A stretch of 53,791 nucleotides of DNA. Source: Escherichia phage mEp010. This document shows positions 25,984 to 35,903 of the stretch, one piece after another. The stretch's first letter is position 1; each line of letters begins with the position of its first letter. The notes under the pieces are model-generated. The model was not told the DNA's origin, did no database searches, and saw only the letters and a list, made by a program, of their open reading frames with translations. Where the stretch lies: the sequence record PP180001. The stretch is one strand, 5' to 3'. A program made the translations under genes and the position numbers.

Positions 25984-26441
25984 AGACGTTAATCATCGCC
26001 GTTGTTGTTTGCATTATTGCCGGACTGATCGCCGTAACGTGTTATTACCAGGGTGAAACGGCAAGGTTACAGGAAGAAGTCACGGTGACGAAAGGCGCAC
26101 TGAAGACAGCAAGTAACACTATTCAGCAGATGAAGGAGCGATACGCCGAACTGTCAAAACTTGATAAGAGGTATCACGATGAGATTAAAGCTATCAGATC
26201 TGACATTGCCGATCTGCGCACTGGCATTGATAACGGCACTATCAGGCTGCGCGTCAACGCAATACCCGTGCGAGTGTCCGACTCCGCCGAATCCGCCAGC
26301 CGCATTGATGGAGCCTCCTGTAGACTCACTCCCGACGCTGAATCGGCTTATCTATCCCTCAGAGAACAACTAAAAGAGAAAGATGCGAAGATAACCGCGC
26401 TTCAGGGCTACATCAAAACACAGTGCTTACGCAAAGAATAA
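25971..26441 (+). CDS. Rz: Rz-type i-spanin
   Basis: 156 aa; N-terminal TM then coiled-coil periplasmic domain; follows endolysin. Confidence 0.75.
   Translation: MDKVKTLIIAVVVCIIAGLIAVTCYYQGETARLQEEVTVTKGALKTASNTIQQMKERYAELSKLDKRYHDEIKAIRSDIADLRTGIDNGTIRLRVNAIPVRVSDSAESASRIDGASCRLTPDAESAYLSLREQLKEKDAKITALQGYIKTQCLRKE
26179..26373 (+). CDS. Rz1: Rz1-type o-spanin lipoprotein, embedded in +1 frame inside Rz
   Basis: Lipobox LSGC, Pro-rich mature part; AAGAGG SD; Met7 of track ORF 26161-26373. Confidence 0.75.
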   Translation: MRLKLSDLTLPICALALITALSGCASTQYPCECPTPPNPPAALMEPPVDSLPTLNRLIYPSENN

Positions 26442-26777
26442 CAGTGCGTTGACGTGTCGCCGTTTCTGCCAGCCAGCCATAACCGGGCCAATCCTTCCCG
26501 CGAGCGACGGCGGAAATTCAAAAACACGTAATACCGGATCAACAGTCCCATTAACAGGTCGGGCGCTACCTGGGTAGAAGAAAGCGCCATTACTCACCTG
26601 CCACGCGTAGGACGAGCGCCCGGATCTGTTTATCAGAGATGTTAAGCAGGTCCAGTTTTATAAAATTCTGCAAACGGTACTCACTAAGCGCCGTTTTCAG
26701 TGTTTTATAGCTGTTTTCACTCCCTGCGGTGTCGAGTTTTGCGGGGGTTATATTTTTCAGGATAGAGGAATATTCTG

Positions 26778-27335
26778 ATGGCTAAGGGTAAAGGCATTAA
26801 GTTGCCTCAATTCAAAGTCCCGCTCTTTGAGCATACAACAGTTTTCTTCTGCCCGACTCGCGACATGTTCTATGAATTTTGCGAAAAGGCAGGGATTCCG
26901 ATCGAACCTGATTTTGAACTGGCTGGAGGATTAACACTTACTTGCACTGGCGAGAAAGGCGGTAACTTCTACGTGATCGCAGTATTCGATAATGAGCTTG
27001 GTACGCTGGTCCATGAAGCGGCCCACACTACGTTCCACGTTTTAAGTGATGTAGGCGTCGTGGCGACCACTGATCCCAGCCATCCGGCAAACGAGACTTA
27101 TGCTTACATGGTAGGCCGTATCTTTGATGCTTTCTTCCCCATCCTGGCAGAATCAAATGAAGCACAGGTGGCAGCAATGCAGGCAGAAGAAATAACCGAA
27201 CGTCTTAGCGCACAAGAGGCAAGGGATATTGCTAATGAGGCAAAAGACAAGCAAAAGCCAGCTAAGAAAGGCAAACGTAAGCCTAAAGCAAAAGAGGCGC
27301 TTGTGCCGCGTGTTATGAGCTTTAAACGGGGGTGA
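26778..27335 (+). CDS. Hypothetical protein with HExxH motif and Lys-rich C-terminal tail
   Basis: 185 aa; LVHEAAHTTFH; C-terminus KDKQKPAKKGKRKPKAK. Confidence 0.55.
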   Translation: MAKGKGIKLPQFKVPLFEHTTVFFCPTRDMFYEFCEKAGIPIEPDFELAGGLTLTCTGEKGGNFYVIAVFDNELGTLVHEAAHTTFHVLSDVGVVATTDPSHPANETYAYMVGRIFDAFFPILAESNEAQVAAMQAEEITERLSAQEARDIANEAKDKQKPAKKGKRKPKAKEALVPRVMSFKRG

Positions 27336-27337
27336 TT

Positions 27338-28162
27338 ATGGGTATCCTTCTGGTATGTGTATTTATTGCTTTAGTTGCGATGGAGGTATTGCTCCCCATT
27401 TGGGCGGCAACCTGGATGATGCAAGATGATTGACCCGCTCATTATCCTTTCTGCCTGCGTCGCTGTATGGCTGGCGATCATGATATTCATTGAAAGTTAA
27501 AGGTTCTCATCATGAATATTTACGATCTAATCTGGTGGTCGTTGGTCGCCGTCATTATCTATTTCTGGTGGAAGAATGTTGTATAGGTGACGGCATGGAT
27601 ATATTCGAATTACTGGCGATTATGTTCGGAATGATGTTAAGCATTGTCGCCATAATTATCATCATCGGCCTTGTTATGGGTAGCATCAAATGAACGCATA
27701 CGAAATGCTATTGCTGGTGGCTGTTATTACAGTTATCGCCGTAGATTTTTATCGAGGGTTGAAAAGATGAGAGAAGCAGACTTCTTTTGCATGATTATAG
27801 TGATCGTCATCGTTGCCGTGCTTTTAAGCGTTAACTGAATCGCAGGAGGTTAAAAATGAAATTGCTTGATTTCTTTTTCCTGATTGTTGCGATTGTTCTT
27901 ACCATGACCGCGCTGACTCAATAGGTGAATATATGGAAACTATCGAAGCAGTATTATTCGTGTGCATCGCTGCGGTTGTTATTGTTGGGTTTATTATCAA
28001 TGTCTGACGTCGATTTCTTAATCATAGCTATAAGTTCGCTGTTAGTCGTTATCGTTTTCTTCGCATAAAGGGTAAGCAATGAAAGAGCTATTCGACTGGT
28101 TGGAAGTATTAACATACTGCGCAAGTTTTGTGGCTTGCGTATATATCATCAATAAATATTGA
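27338..28162 (+). other. Tandem array of ten micro-ORFs (22-32 codons each) encoding paralogous single-pass membrane micropeptides
   Basis: ORFs 27338-27433, 27426-27500, 27512-27586, 27595-27693, 27690-27770, 27767-27838, 27856-27924, 27933-28007, 28000-28068, 28079-28162; together fill the 837-bp gap exactly; SD sequences and ATGA couplings. Confidence 0.6.
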
Positions 28163-28172
28163 GAGGTGAATT

Positions 28173-28658
28173 ATGGCCCGCACTAAAAAGGCAAAAGCTG
28201 ACGATAAAAAGCCAGCCGCAAAAAGGGTGGGCCGTCCGCATGGTTATACCGAAGAAAAAGCATTAGAAATCTGTGAGCTGGTGGCGGACGGTCAGAGTGT
28301 TAACAAAATTTCGAAGATGCCTGGTATGCCTACCCGTTCAACAATTCTTAAATGGTTCAGAGACGTGCCGGAATTCTCGGACATGTACATGCGCGCGAAG
28401 GAAATCGGCTTCGAGGTGTTAGCTGATGAGATCCTCGATATAGCTGATGATGCTAAGAACGTTGATAAAGACCAACTACGCCGCCACCAACTAATGATTG
28501 AAACGCGTAAATGGTTACTGGCAAAACTGCAACCGCGCAAATATGGCGAACGCGTCACACAGGAGATCGTCGGCAACAAGGAAGAAGCGCCCGTCCAGGT
28601 TGAAGTCACGAAAGAAGAGATCGCCCGCATCGTCCAGGAAGTAGAAGACGAGGTGTGA
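28173..28658 (+). CDS. Terminase small subunit
   Basis: 161 aa; Lys-rich N-terminus, HTH (EICELVADGQSVNKISKMPGMPTRSTILKW), overlaps terL start. Confidence 0.8.
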   Translation: MARTKKAKADDKKPAAKRVGRPHGYTEEKALEICELVADGQSVNKISKMPGMPTRSTILKWFRDVPEFSDMYMRAKEIGFEVLADEILDIADDAKNVDKDQLRRHQLMIETRKWLLAKLQPRKYGERVTQEIVGNKEEAPVQVEVTKEEIARIVQEVEDEV

Positions 28659-30139
28659 TTATGTTGTCCATCAAAGAAAGGGTTATTCAGTCAAAATGTG
28701 AAAACGATGGCCTGTTTTTCAATCGCTATTTCTATAAACAAGCGAACGGAACGAAGATGTTAATATCAGGCCATCATTTAGCCATCCGTGATGCACTGCA
28801 ACGCGTTATTAATGGTGAGATAACCCGCCTCATCATTAACATTCCCCCAGGGTACGGTAAAACCATGATCGCTACTATCAACATGATGGCGCGGTCCCTC
28901 GCAATAAATCCCCGCACAAGATTCCTTCACGTTTCCTATTCCAACAACCTGGCATTACTCAATTCCTCGACTGTAAGAAACATGATCTGTACGCCTGAAT
29001 ATCAGGCAATGTGGCCCATGAAGATCCGCAACGATGCCAACAGTAAATCGATGTGGTGGACTGAATACGGTGGCGGTGTGTATGCAACGTCATCGCTTGG
29101 TCAGGTTACTGGGTTCCGTGCAGGGTATATGGAGCCAGGATTTAACGGCGCGTTAATCATCGACGACCCATTAAAACCCGCTGATGCTTACTCTGACGTG
29201 GTGAGAAAGCAGGTAAACACAAACTACAACGACACGCTTGCTTCACGTCTGGCAGTGCAAACAACGCCTGTTATCGTCATCATGCAGCGCATCCACTACG
29301 ATGATTTGTCCGGCTACCTGCTACGCGGTGGGAGCGGTGAAAAGTGGTATCACCTTAATCTGCCAGTAAAGATAGACAATAGCCTGGACTACTGGGATCT
29401 GTACCCTGAAAACGAATTCGCAATCCCTATTCCTCACAACCTGCCGGACGGCTGGCTATGGCCTAAAAAGCACAATGACGCCCATGAAGCTGGACTGAAA
29501 GCACACAGACGGTCATTTGAGGCCCAGTACATGCAGCGCCCGCGTAAATTCGACGAAGATGGTGCATTGTGGACTGAAGCCATGATAACCGCAGCGCACA
29601 GGATGCAGATAACGCAGGATAAGGTTCGCACGGTGATAGCCATCGACCCGGCGACAACGTCATCTGACGAATCTGACGAAACGGGGATCGTGGCATGTTC
29701 AGCCTATGGTGGCGGCAAGTATGCCCAATACTCAGTAGACGGTGACTATTCAGGCCGTATGTCTCCTAACGACTGGGCGCAAGCCTCAATAAACGCCTAC
29801 AACATCCATGAAGCTGACGCGATAGTTATCGAAACCAACCAGGGCGGTGAAATGGCAGAGGCAACGTTGCGTAATGCCGGATTTAAGGGCCGCATTGTTA
29901 AGGTGCATGCAAGCAAAGGTAAATTCGCCCGTGCCGAACCAATATCTGCACTGTATGCACAAGGAAGGGTAGCCCACACTGGCGAACTGTACACGCTGGA
30001 AAATCAAATGATGGAATACGTGCCAGCCACCGCCAAAAAATCCCCTGACCGTATGGACGCAATGGTATGGGGTATCACCGAACTAAGCCAGCCACAGGCA
30101 ATGGGCCTCATGTTACCGAAGCGCCTGCGCGGATTTTAA
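28655..30139 (+). CDS. Terminase large subunit
   Basis: 494 aa; Walker A-like PPGYGKT, nuclease domain; typical position. Confidence 0.85.
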   Translation: MIMLSIKERVIQSKCENDGLFFNRYFYKQANGTKMLISGHHLAIRDALQRVINGEITRLIINIPPGYGKTMIATINMMARSLAINPRTRFLHVSYSNNLALLNSSTVRNMICTPEYQAMWPMKIRNDANSKSMWWTEYGGGVYATSSLGQVTGFRAGYMEPGFNGALIIDDPLKPADAYSDVVRKQVNTNYNDTLASRLAVQTTPVIVIMQRIHYDDLSGYLLRGGSGEKWYHLNLPVKIDNSLDYWDLYPENEFAIPIPHNLPDGWLWPKKHNDAHEAGLKAHRRSFEAQYMQRPRKFDEDGALWTEAMITAAHRMQITQDKVRTVIAIDPATTSSDESDETGIVACSAYGGGKYAQYSVDGDYSGRMSPNDWAQASINAYNIHEADAIVIETNQGGEMAEATLRNAGFKGRIVKVHASKGKFARAEPISALYAQGRVAHTGELYTLENQMMEYVPATAKKSPDRMDAMVWGITELSQPQAMGLMLPKRLRGF

Positions 30140-30217
30140 AATCTGCCTCACAATCACCCGCAAGTTTTTCTATTTTTCGCGTAGCAACGCGTAAACATGT
30201 ATTCAGGAGTAAACATT

Positions 30218-31588
30218 ATGCCATCCAATTTAGAATTGGCGGTTAATGCTGCCTTGTCACAACGCCAGGCTGCCTATGCCCGCTATGCCGCAGCCAACCC
30301 ATTCACTATGGGGATAGATGCAAAACGTGATGCCGCATGGAGTGAATACGGATTCAAAGAAGAGATCACGTATGACGATTTATACAAACTGTATCGTCGA
30401 GGCGGTATAGCTCACGGTGCTGTGGAAAAGATTGTTACAACTTGCTGGCGCACCATGCCAACGCTAATTGAAGGAACGGAAGACGAGAAAGCCGAAAAGG
30501 AAACACCATGGGAAAGAGAAATCAAGAAACAATTCGACAACAGATTTTGGCGCATTATTGCCGAATGTGACCGCCGCCGCCTCATTGGTCGTTATGCTGG
30601 TCTGTTGATTCATGTCAGAGATAACCAGCCGTGGGATCGTCCTGTGACAAAAGGCGTAGGCATTGCCAAATTTACCCCGGCATGGGCTGGTGCTCTTACT
30701 CCGAAGGAGTTCGAAGAAGACCCGAACAGTGAAAACTATGGCCTGCCGACGTGGTGGGAATACAAAGAACGCATTAACAGTAAGACCATAGCCAGAAGGA
30801 TCCACCCTGACAGAATATTCATATTTGGTGACTATTCTGATGATGCTATCGCTTTTCTTGAGCCGTCCTATAACGCCTTTGTGTCACTGGAGAAAGTGGA
30901 AGGCGGTAGCGGTGAATCGTTCCTGAAAAACGCTGCCCGTCAGCTTGCTATCTCATTCGATAAGGAAATTGATTTCCGCTCCCTGGCCGCTACATACGAT
31001 TGCGACGTTACAGAGTTACGCGAAAGATTTAATGAGGCAGCGGCTGAAATGAATAAGGGTAACGATGTGATGATGGCATTACAAGGGGCAACAGTAAGCC
31101 CGCTGGTGACTGCCGTATCTGACCCTTCAGCAACCTATGACGTCAACCTGCAAACCGCCGCCGCTGGTATTGATATTCCGACCCGCATCCTGGTTGGGAA
31201 CCAGCAGGGAGAACGCGCATCAACCGAAGACCTGCGCTACTTCAACAGCCGCTGTATGACCCGCAGGGAGGAAATCGGTGGTGAGCTTGAAGATCTGTTT
31301 AGCAAGATGGCAGCGCTACGCCTTATCAGTATGCCAGTTGATATATCAGTGATATGGGACGACCTGAACGCCATTACCAAAGCCGAACTACTGGAAGCGG
31401 CATACAAAATGGCACAAATCAATCAGGCTTGTCTGGCTACTGGTGAAGAAATATTTAGCGGCGATGAGATCCGTGAGGCCGCCGGATACGATGGCCCAGC
31501 CAGTGAAGTAGAAACGGAAGAGGAGGACGATGATGAGGGTGAAGAAGATAATCAGGCGAATACCTCCAGCCGCGATAATGCCATCTAA
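30218..31588 (+). CDS. Portal protein
   Basis: ~456 aa after AGGAG SD; acidic C-terminal tail; position after terL. Confidence 0.7.
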   Translation: MPSNLELAVNAALSQRQAAYARYAAANPFTMGIDAKRDAAWSEYGFKEEITYDDLYKLYRRGGIAHGAVEKIVTTCWRTMPTLIEGTEDEKAEKETPWEREIKKQFDNRFWRIIAECDRRRLIGRYAGLLIHVRDNQPWDRPVTKGVGIAKFTPAWAGALTPKEFEEDPNSENYGLPTWWEYKERINSKTIARRIHPDRIFIFGDYSDDAIAFLEPSYNAFVSLEKVEGGSGESFLKNAARQLAISFDKEIDFRSLAATYDCDVTELRERFNEAAAEMNKGNDVMMALQGATVSPLVTAVSDPSATYDVNLQTAAAGIDIPTRILVGNQQGERASTEDLRYFNSRCMTRREEIGGELEDLFSKMAALRLISMPVDISVIWDDLNAITKAELLEAAYKMAQINQACLATGEEIFSGDEIREAAGYDGPASEVETEEEDDDEGEEDNQANTSSRDNAI

Positions 31589-31604
31589 CACCGAAGACCC
31601 GACA

Positions 31605-32474
31605 ATGACAGGGAAGTTAAGGTCTGGTGCTATTAAGCGTTTTAAAGCCTGCCTGAAGAAAGTTGCAGATCCGTATATCGCCATACTGGACAGAATACAA
31701 TATACCCTGGCTGTTAATAAGAAATACACTTTCCAGATCTACATTGACGAATTACATGACTTGCTGGAAGACGCCAGCGACATGATTGATGAGATATTCG
31801 AGTTAACCGACCCGGAAAACTTCTGGTTCTGGCAGGAATACGTGAAGGTGGCATATCAACGCGGCACTTCACAGGAATATGCCAACCTCGCTAACCAGTC
31901 AGTCACATATTCCAGGGTTTACCCTGAAGTGTCGGCGGTATTAACCAGTCAGACCTATCGCACACGCCTTGCCCTTGTTCGGACCCGTGTATTTGAAGAG
32001 ATGCGCGGGCTGACCGCACAGATCAAGAAGGACATGGCCCGCAGATTAACCGAAGGCATGGCCCGTGGCTTAAACCCACTCGAAATAGCGCGCACATTGC
32101 AGCAGGAAACGCAATTGCCGCTATACAGGTGCAAACGTATTGCCCGTACTGAAATATGCACAGCGTTGCGCACAGCGCGTATGGATGAGGCAGAAGCGGC
32201 GACGGAAGAGCTTAACTTGCGCACTATGCAGATGCATATTTCGGCATTATCACCGACTACCAGGCTGTCACATGCACAGCGTCACGGGAAAACGTACACC
32301 ATAGAAGAGCAGCGAGAATGGTGGAGCAGATCCCCTAATTCAATTAACTGCAAATGTAGCACGATTACCGTATTAGTTGATGAAGACGGTAATATATTAA
32401 ACAAACGAATATTAGATCGGGCGCAAGAAAACTATAAGGTTGCGCACGCTAAATATGGCGAAGATTGGGAGTAA
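31605..32474 (+). CDS. Head morphogenesis protein (Mu F / SPP1 gp7-like)
   Basis: Position after portal; size and composition typical; start uncertain (track ORF from 31530). Confidence 0.6.
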   Translation: MTGKLRSGAIKRFKACLKKVADPYIAILDRIQYTLAVNKKYTFQIYIDELHDLLEDASDMIDEIFELTDPENFWFWQEYVKVAYQRGTSQEYANLANQSVTYSRVYPEVSAVLTSQTYRTRLALVRTRVFEEMRGLTAQIKKDMARRLTEGMARGLNPLEIARTLQQETQLPLYRCKRIARTEICTALRTARMDEAEAATEELNLRTMQMHISALSPTTRLSHAQRHGKTYTIEEQREWWSRSPNSINCKCSTITVLVDEDGNILNKRILDRAQENYKVAHAKYGEDWE

Positions 32475-32479
32475 AAACC

Positions 32480-33748
32480 GTGAGTAAAGAATTGATTCAG
32501 GTTAATACCAAATTAACCGCTAACACCATCCGCCGGGAAACATATAACGGGCGTGAACACATTGTAGTCCCGTCATATACGTTGCCCTTCAATATCGTTA
32601 TGAATCGGGAATATTACCCGGAAGCTGAAATCATTGCTAATTATCAATCTCTGGAAGGCACGCTCGCACCGCTGGGCCATCCTACGGTTGACGGCGAATT
32701 TGTTTCCGCATTTAGCCCGGAAGGTCTGAATATTGGCTTTTGTGGAGCGTGGAACAGAAATGTTGAATTACGCGGCAACCGTGTTTATGTGGAAAAATGG
32801 GTGGATGTGGAAACCGCCAGCCATTCAGAACAAGGACGCGAATTATTAAGCCGACTGGAAGCGCTGGAAAAAGGCGAAAGCAAAGATCCGATCTGGTCAT
32901 CTGTTGCCGTATATCGTCAGCGTATGCCAGCTACTGAAGAAATGAAAGCCCAGGGTGCTGACAGCGTGGTAAAAATCATGTCAATCGACCATGACGCTAT
33001 CCTGCTTCACGAACCGCCTGCCGCATCACCTGAACAGGGAGTTGGCCTGATGGTTAACACTGACCAGGCGAAGCCGTTAATGGCGGTAGCAATGAAAGAA
33101 AACAGCTATCGCACGCTTGAAAGACAATTGGAAGAAGCTGCGCGTGAACTGTTCCCCGATGCAGATTATGTCTATGTTGTGGACTTCACCGATAAAGAAG
33201 TGACGATTGCCACTAATACCGAAAGTGCTCAAGTTTGCACATATGAAAAACAGGCTGATAAAATTATTCTCAATAATGGCGAGCTTGCAACCAATGAGGA
33301 AAGTAAATCCTGGTTCGCTCAGTTCGCTGAACACTTGTCTAATCTTTTCTCCCTGAATGAAAAAATTAAGGCCAATAAATCGGAGGACGATCCCATGCCT
33401 TTGACTAAAGAAGAACGCGCCGAACTGGTAAAAGAAATTAACGAAGGTTTATCCGCTAATATCGCCAGTGCAGTAGCTGAAGCACTTAAACCAGTACAGG
33501 CAAGCGTAGAAGAATTACAGACAAATCAGAAAGCGATTAAAGAAGAGATCGCAGCAAACGCAGATAAAGAAGTAGCAGAAAAACGCGCCGCAGTAGCAAA
33601 AGTGCACGGCGAAATTGTTGCTAACGCATTAAGTGGTGAAGCGTTAGAAGCAATGTTTAAATCCCTGGGAAAAGCGTCGCCAATGGCAACCAACGCAGCA
33701 AGCGAAGGTAAAAAAGGCGAAGTACCAGACTTTAACACTTATTTCTAA
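32480..33748 (+). CDS. Prohead protease / scaffolding fusion-type protein
   Basis: GTG start after GGGAG; N-terminal globular part and C-terminal Ala/Lys/Glu-rich coiled coil; precedes capsid genes. Confidence 0.55.
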   Translation: MSKELIQVNTKLTANTIRRETYNGREHIVVPSYTLPFNIVMNREYYPEAEIIANYQSLEGTLAPLGHPTVDGEFVSAFSPEGLNIGFCGAWNRNVELRGNRVYVEKWVDVETASHSEQGRELLSRLEALEKGESKDPIWSSVAVYRQRMPATEEMKAQGADSVVKIMSIDHDAILLHEPPAASPEQGVGLMVNTDQAKPLMAVAMKENSYRTLERQLEEAARELFPDADYVYVVDFTDKEVTIATNTESAQVCTYEKQADKIILNNGELATNEESKSWFAQFAEHLSNLFSLNEKIKANKSEDDPMPLTKEERAELVKEINEGLSANIASAVAEALKPVQASVEELQTNQKAIKEEIAANADKEVAEKRAAVAKVHGEIVANALSGEALEAMFKSLGKASPMATNAASEGKKGEVPDFNTYF

Positions 33749-33764
33749 TTAAAAGGGGATCACA

Positions 33765-34193
33765 ATGTTTCGTTTTCGTCGTGTAAATATTGATGGTAAG
33801 TCAATTACCGAAACCCGCCTCGCTGGTGCTGAATTAAAACCAGGCGAACTGGTTAAACTGGCTGAAGGTAAATTTGTTAAAGCGGCCCTTGCAGATGTTG
33901 GCAAGGCCCAACTTTTCATTGTTAACCCGGCATTCCATGAAGGCAAAACCATTGCTGATGCAATCTCTGCAAATGCAACCGTTGTAGCCGATTATGTGGA
34001 ACAGGGGCGTGAGTTTGCTCTTCGTGTTCCTGCTGCAACCTACACCAAAGGCGCAGCTATTGCTCTCTCTGCCACTGGCATCAAGCTGTTTACCGCGCCT
34101 AGTGGTGATGATGCTGCGGACCCAATCATCGCATACTGCCAGGAAGACGTAACCCTGGATGCGGAAGACTTCATCCGCGTTCGCGTTGCTTAA
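33765..34193 (+). CDS. Capsid-associated structural protein (decoration/cement candidate)
   Basis: 142 aa, immediately upstream of major capsid gene. Confidence 0.5.
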   Translation: MFRFRRVNIDGKSITETRLAGAELKPGELVKLAEGKFVKAALADVGKAQLFIVNPAFHEGKTIADAISANATVVADYVEQGREFALRVPAATYTKGAAIALSATGIKLFTAPSGDDAADPIIAYCQEDVTLDAEDFIRVRVA

Positions 34194-34210
34194 TTTAAAA
34201 GGGGAAAAAC

Positions 34211-35263
34211 ATGTACTTTACCAAAGAAAACCTTGCTACCAACGCCCGTATGCAGGGCCATTGGAGCGAACTGTGGGCGCAGCGCAATATCTTCAACGCT
34301 CAGCATGACGCCATGATTGCAGCAAATAAAGCAAACATGACTTCTGAAATGCTTGCCTGCAACGCTGTTGGTGGCTTCGCAAAAGAGTTCTGGAAAGAAA
34401 TTGATAACCAGATCATCGAACTGAACACCGAGGAGATCGGTATTGAGATTGTCAACGACCTGATGGGTGTGCAAACCGTACTGCCTATCGGTAAAACGCT
34501 GAAAATGTACAGCGTATCCGGCGACATCAACGATGAAGTCGTAATGTCTATGGATGGTCAGGCGCCTCACGGCTATGATCACACAGAATACGGCAGCGAT
34601 GGCGACCCGATCCCGATGTTCGCAGCGGGTTACGGTGTTAACTGGCGTTTAGCCCAGGGCTTAAATACTGTAGGCATCGACCTTGCCCTGGACAGTCAGC
34701 GCCTGAAACTGAAAAAATTCAACAAAGCACGCGTTAAATTCTACCTTGAAGGTAACGAAAACATCGTGGTTGATGGTCATAAAGCTATGGGTATTAAAAA
34801 ACATAAAAACACCCAGCAACTGACTCTGACCGCTGACCTTACCACTGCAAAATTTGACGCACTGATCGACTTCTTCACCGTTGGTGAATTTGGTGTTCTG
34901 GCCCGCAATAACTTCGTTGCTAAATATGATGTTATGTGGGTATCACCTGAAATCATGGCTAACCTGGCCCGCCCGCACATCGTTAACGGTGCTGTAGTTG
35001 GCAGCGTGCTCAATACGGTTATGCCGTTCGCCCCGGTTGGTGAAATCCGCCAGACCTTTGCACTGAAAGGCAACGAAATCATTGCTTATCAGCGCCGCCG
35101 TGACGTTATCACCCCGCTGATCGGTATGACCACTGGCGTAGTACCTGTACCGCGCACCATGCCTACCGATAACTACAATTTCAAAATCATGTCTGCCGAA
35201 GGTTTACAAATCACCTGCGACATGTTAGGCCGTTCCGGTGTCGTTTACGGCAAAAATTCTTAA
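34211..35263 (+). CDS. Major capsid protein
   Basis: 350 aa; strong SD; followed by strong terminator, typical of major capsid genes. Confidence 0.75.
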   Translation: MYFTKENLATNARMQGHWSELWAQRNIFNAQHDAMIAANKANMTSEMLACNAVGGFAKEFWKEIDNQIIELNTEEIGIEIVNDLMGVQTVLPIGKTLKMYSVSGDINDEVVMSMDGQAPHGYDHTEYGSDGDPIPMFAAGYGVNWRLAQGLNTVGIDLALDSQRLKLKKFNKARVKFYLEGNENIVVDGHKAMGIKKHKNTQQLTLTADLTTAKFDALIDFFTVGEFGVLARNNFVAKYDVMWVSPEIMANLARPHIVNGAVVGSVLNTVMPFAPVGEIRQTFALKGNEIIAYQRRRDVITPLIGMTTGVVPVPRTMPTDNYNFKIMSAEGLQITCDMLGRSGVVYGKNS

Positions 35264-35283
35264 TTAGAACGTTTCCTGTAACT

Positions 35284-35311
35284 CCCCGGCGCAATGCCGG
35301 GGATTTTTTTT
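35284..35311 (+). terminator. Rho-independent terminator after major capsid gene
   Basis: CCCCGGCGCAATGCCGGGG hairpin plus T8. Confidence 0.8.
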
Positions 35312-35328
35312 GTATGTGGAGAAGACAA

Positions 35329-35715
35329 ATGGTCACTACAGAACAGGCGCGGGAATATCTTGAAAGCCAGGGTATTGACCTGCCAGACGTTATCTTATCC
35401 TTGCTGGTGGAGCAGGCAAACAGCGTTAATGAATGCCTTGATGCCAACTATCCGGCCTCCACTGCAACATTGGTTCAACTTTATCTGATTGGCCTGCTAG
35501 GACTCACACAGGCGAATAAATACGTTTCCTCACACACAGGTCCGAACGGTGCAAGCCAGTCTTACCGCTATGTCGATTTCAATAAAAAATGGAAGGCGGC
35601 CTATTCGTTGCTTTACTCACTGGACAAACACCATTGCACAGCAGAACTGATTCCGCCGGATCCAGAAAACACCGCGCACGCCGGGCTGTGGATAGGTAAA
35701 AGCGGGAGGATGTGA
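35329..35715 (+). CDS. Head-tail connector / head completion protein (putative)
   Basis: Met6 of track ORF 35314-35715 with GGAGAAG SD; position. Confidence 0.5.
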   Translation: MVTTEQAREYLESQGIDLPDVILSLLVEQANSVNECLDANYPASTATLVQLYLIGLLGLTQANKYVSSHTGPNGASQSYRYVDFNKKWKAAYSLLYSLDKHHCTAELIPPDPENTAHAGLWIGKSGRM

Positions 35716-35903
35716 CGATGTGGAACGACCTGACATTACCGGATCCGCTATTGCCGAAACTGTTTACCCGCGTGTGGGTGAAGACTGACACCGGGCGACA
35801 GGTGGCGGCCTACCTCAATGATGCTGGTGAATGGGTAATTCTTTGCCCGCGCGTGGCGAAAACCCATCCGAAAATCGTTAAATGGAGCTATGGCTATGAG
35901 TAA
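35712..35903 (+). CDS. Hypothetical head-tail joining protein (63 aa)
   Basis: Track ORF, coupled. Confidence 0.45.
   Translation: MTMWNDLTLPDPLLPKLFTRVWVKTDTGRQVAAYLNDAGEWVILCPRVAKTHPKIVKWSYGYE

Noticed and set aside
27490-27693. Track ORF of 67 aa spanning the micropeptide region
   Set aside because: Its N-terminal half is out of frame with the SD-preceded ATG at 27512; better explained as two micro-ORFs (27512-27586 and 27595-27693).
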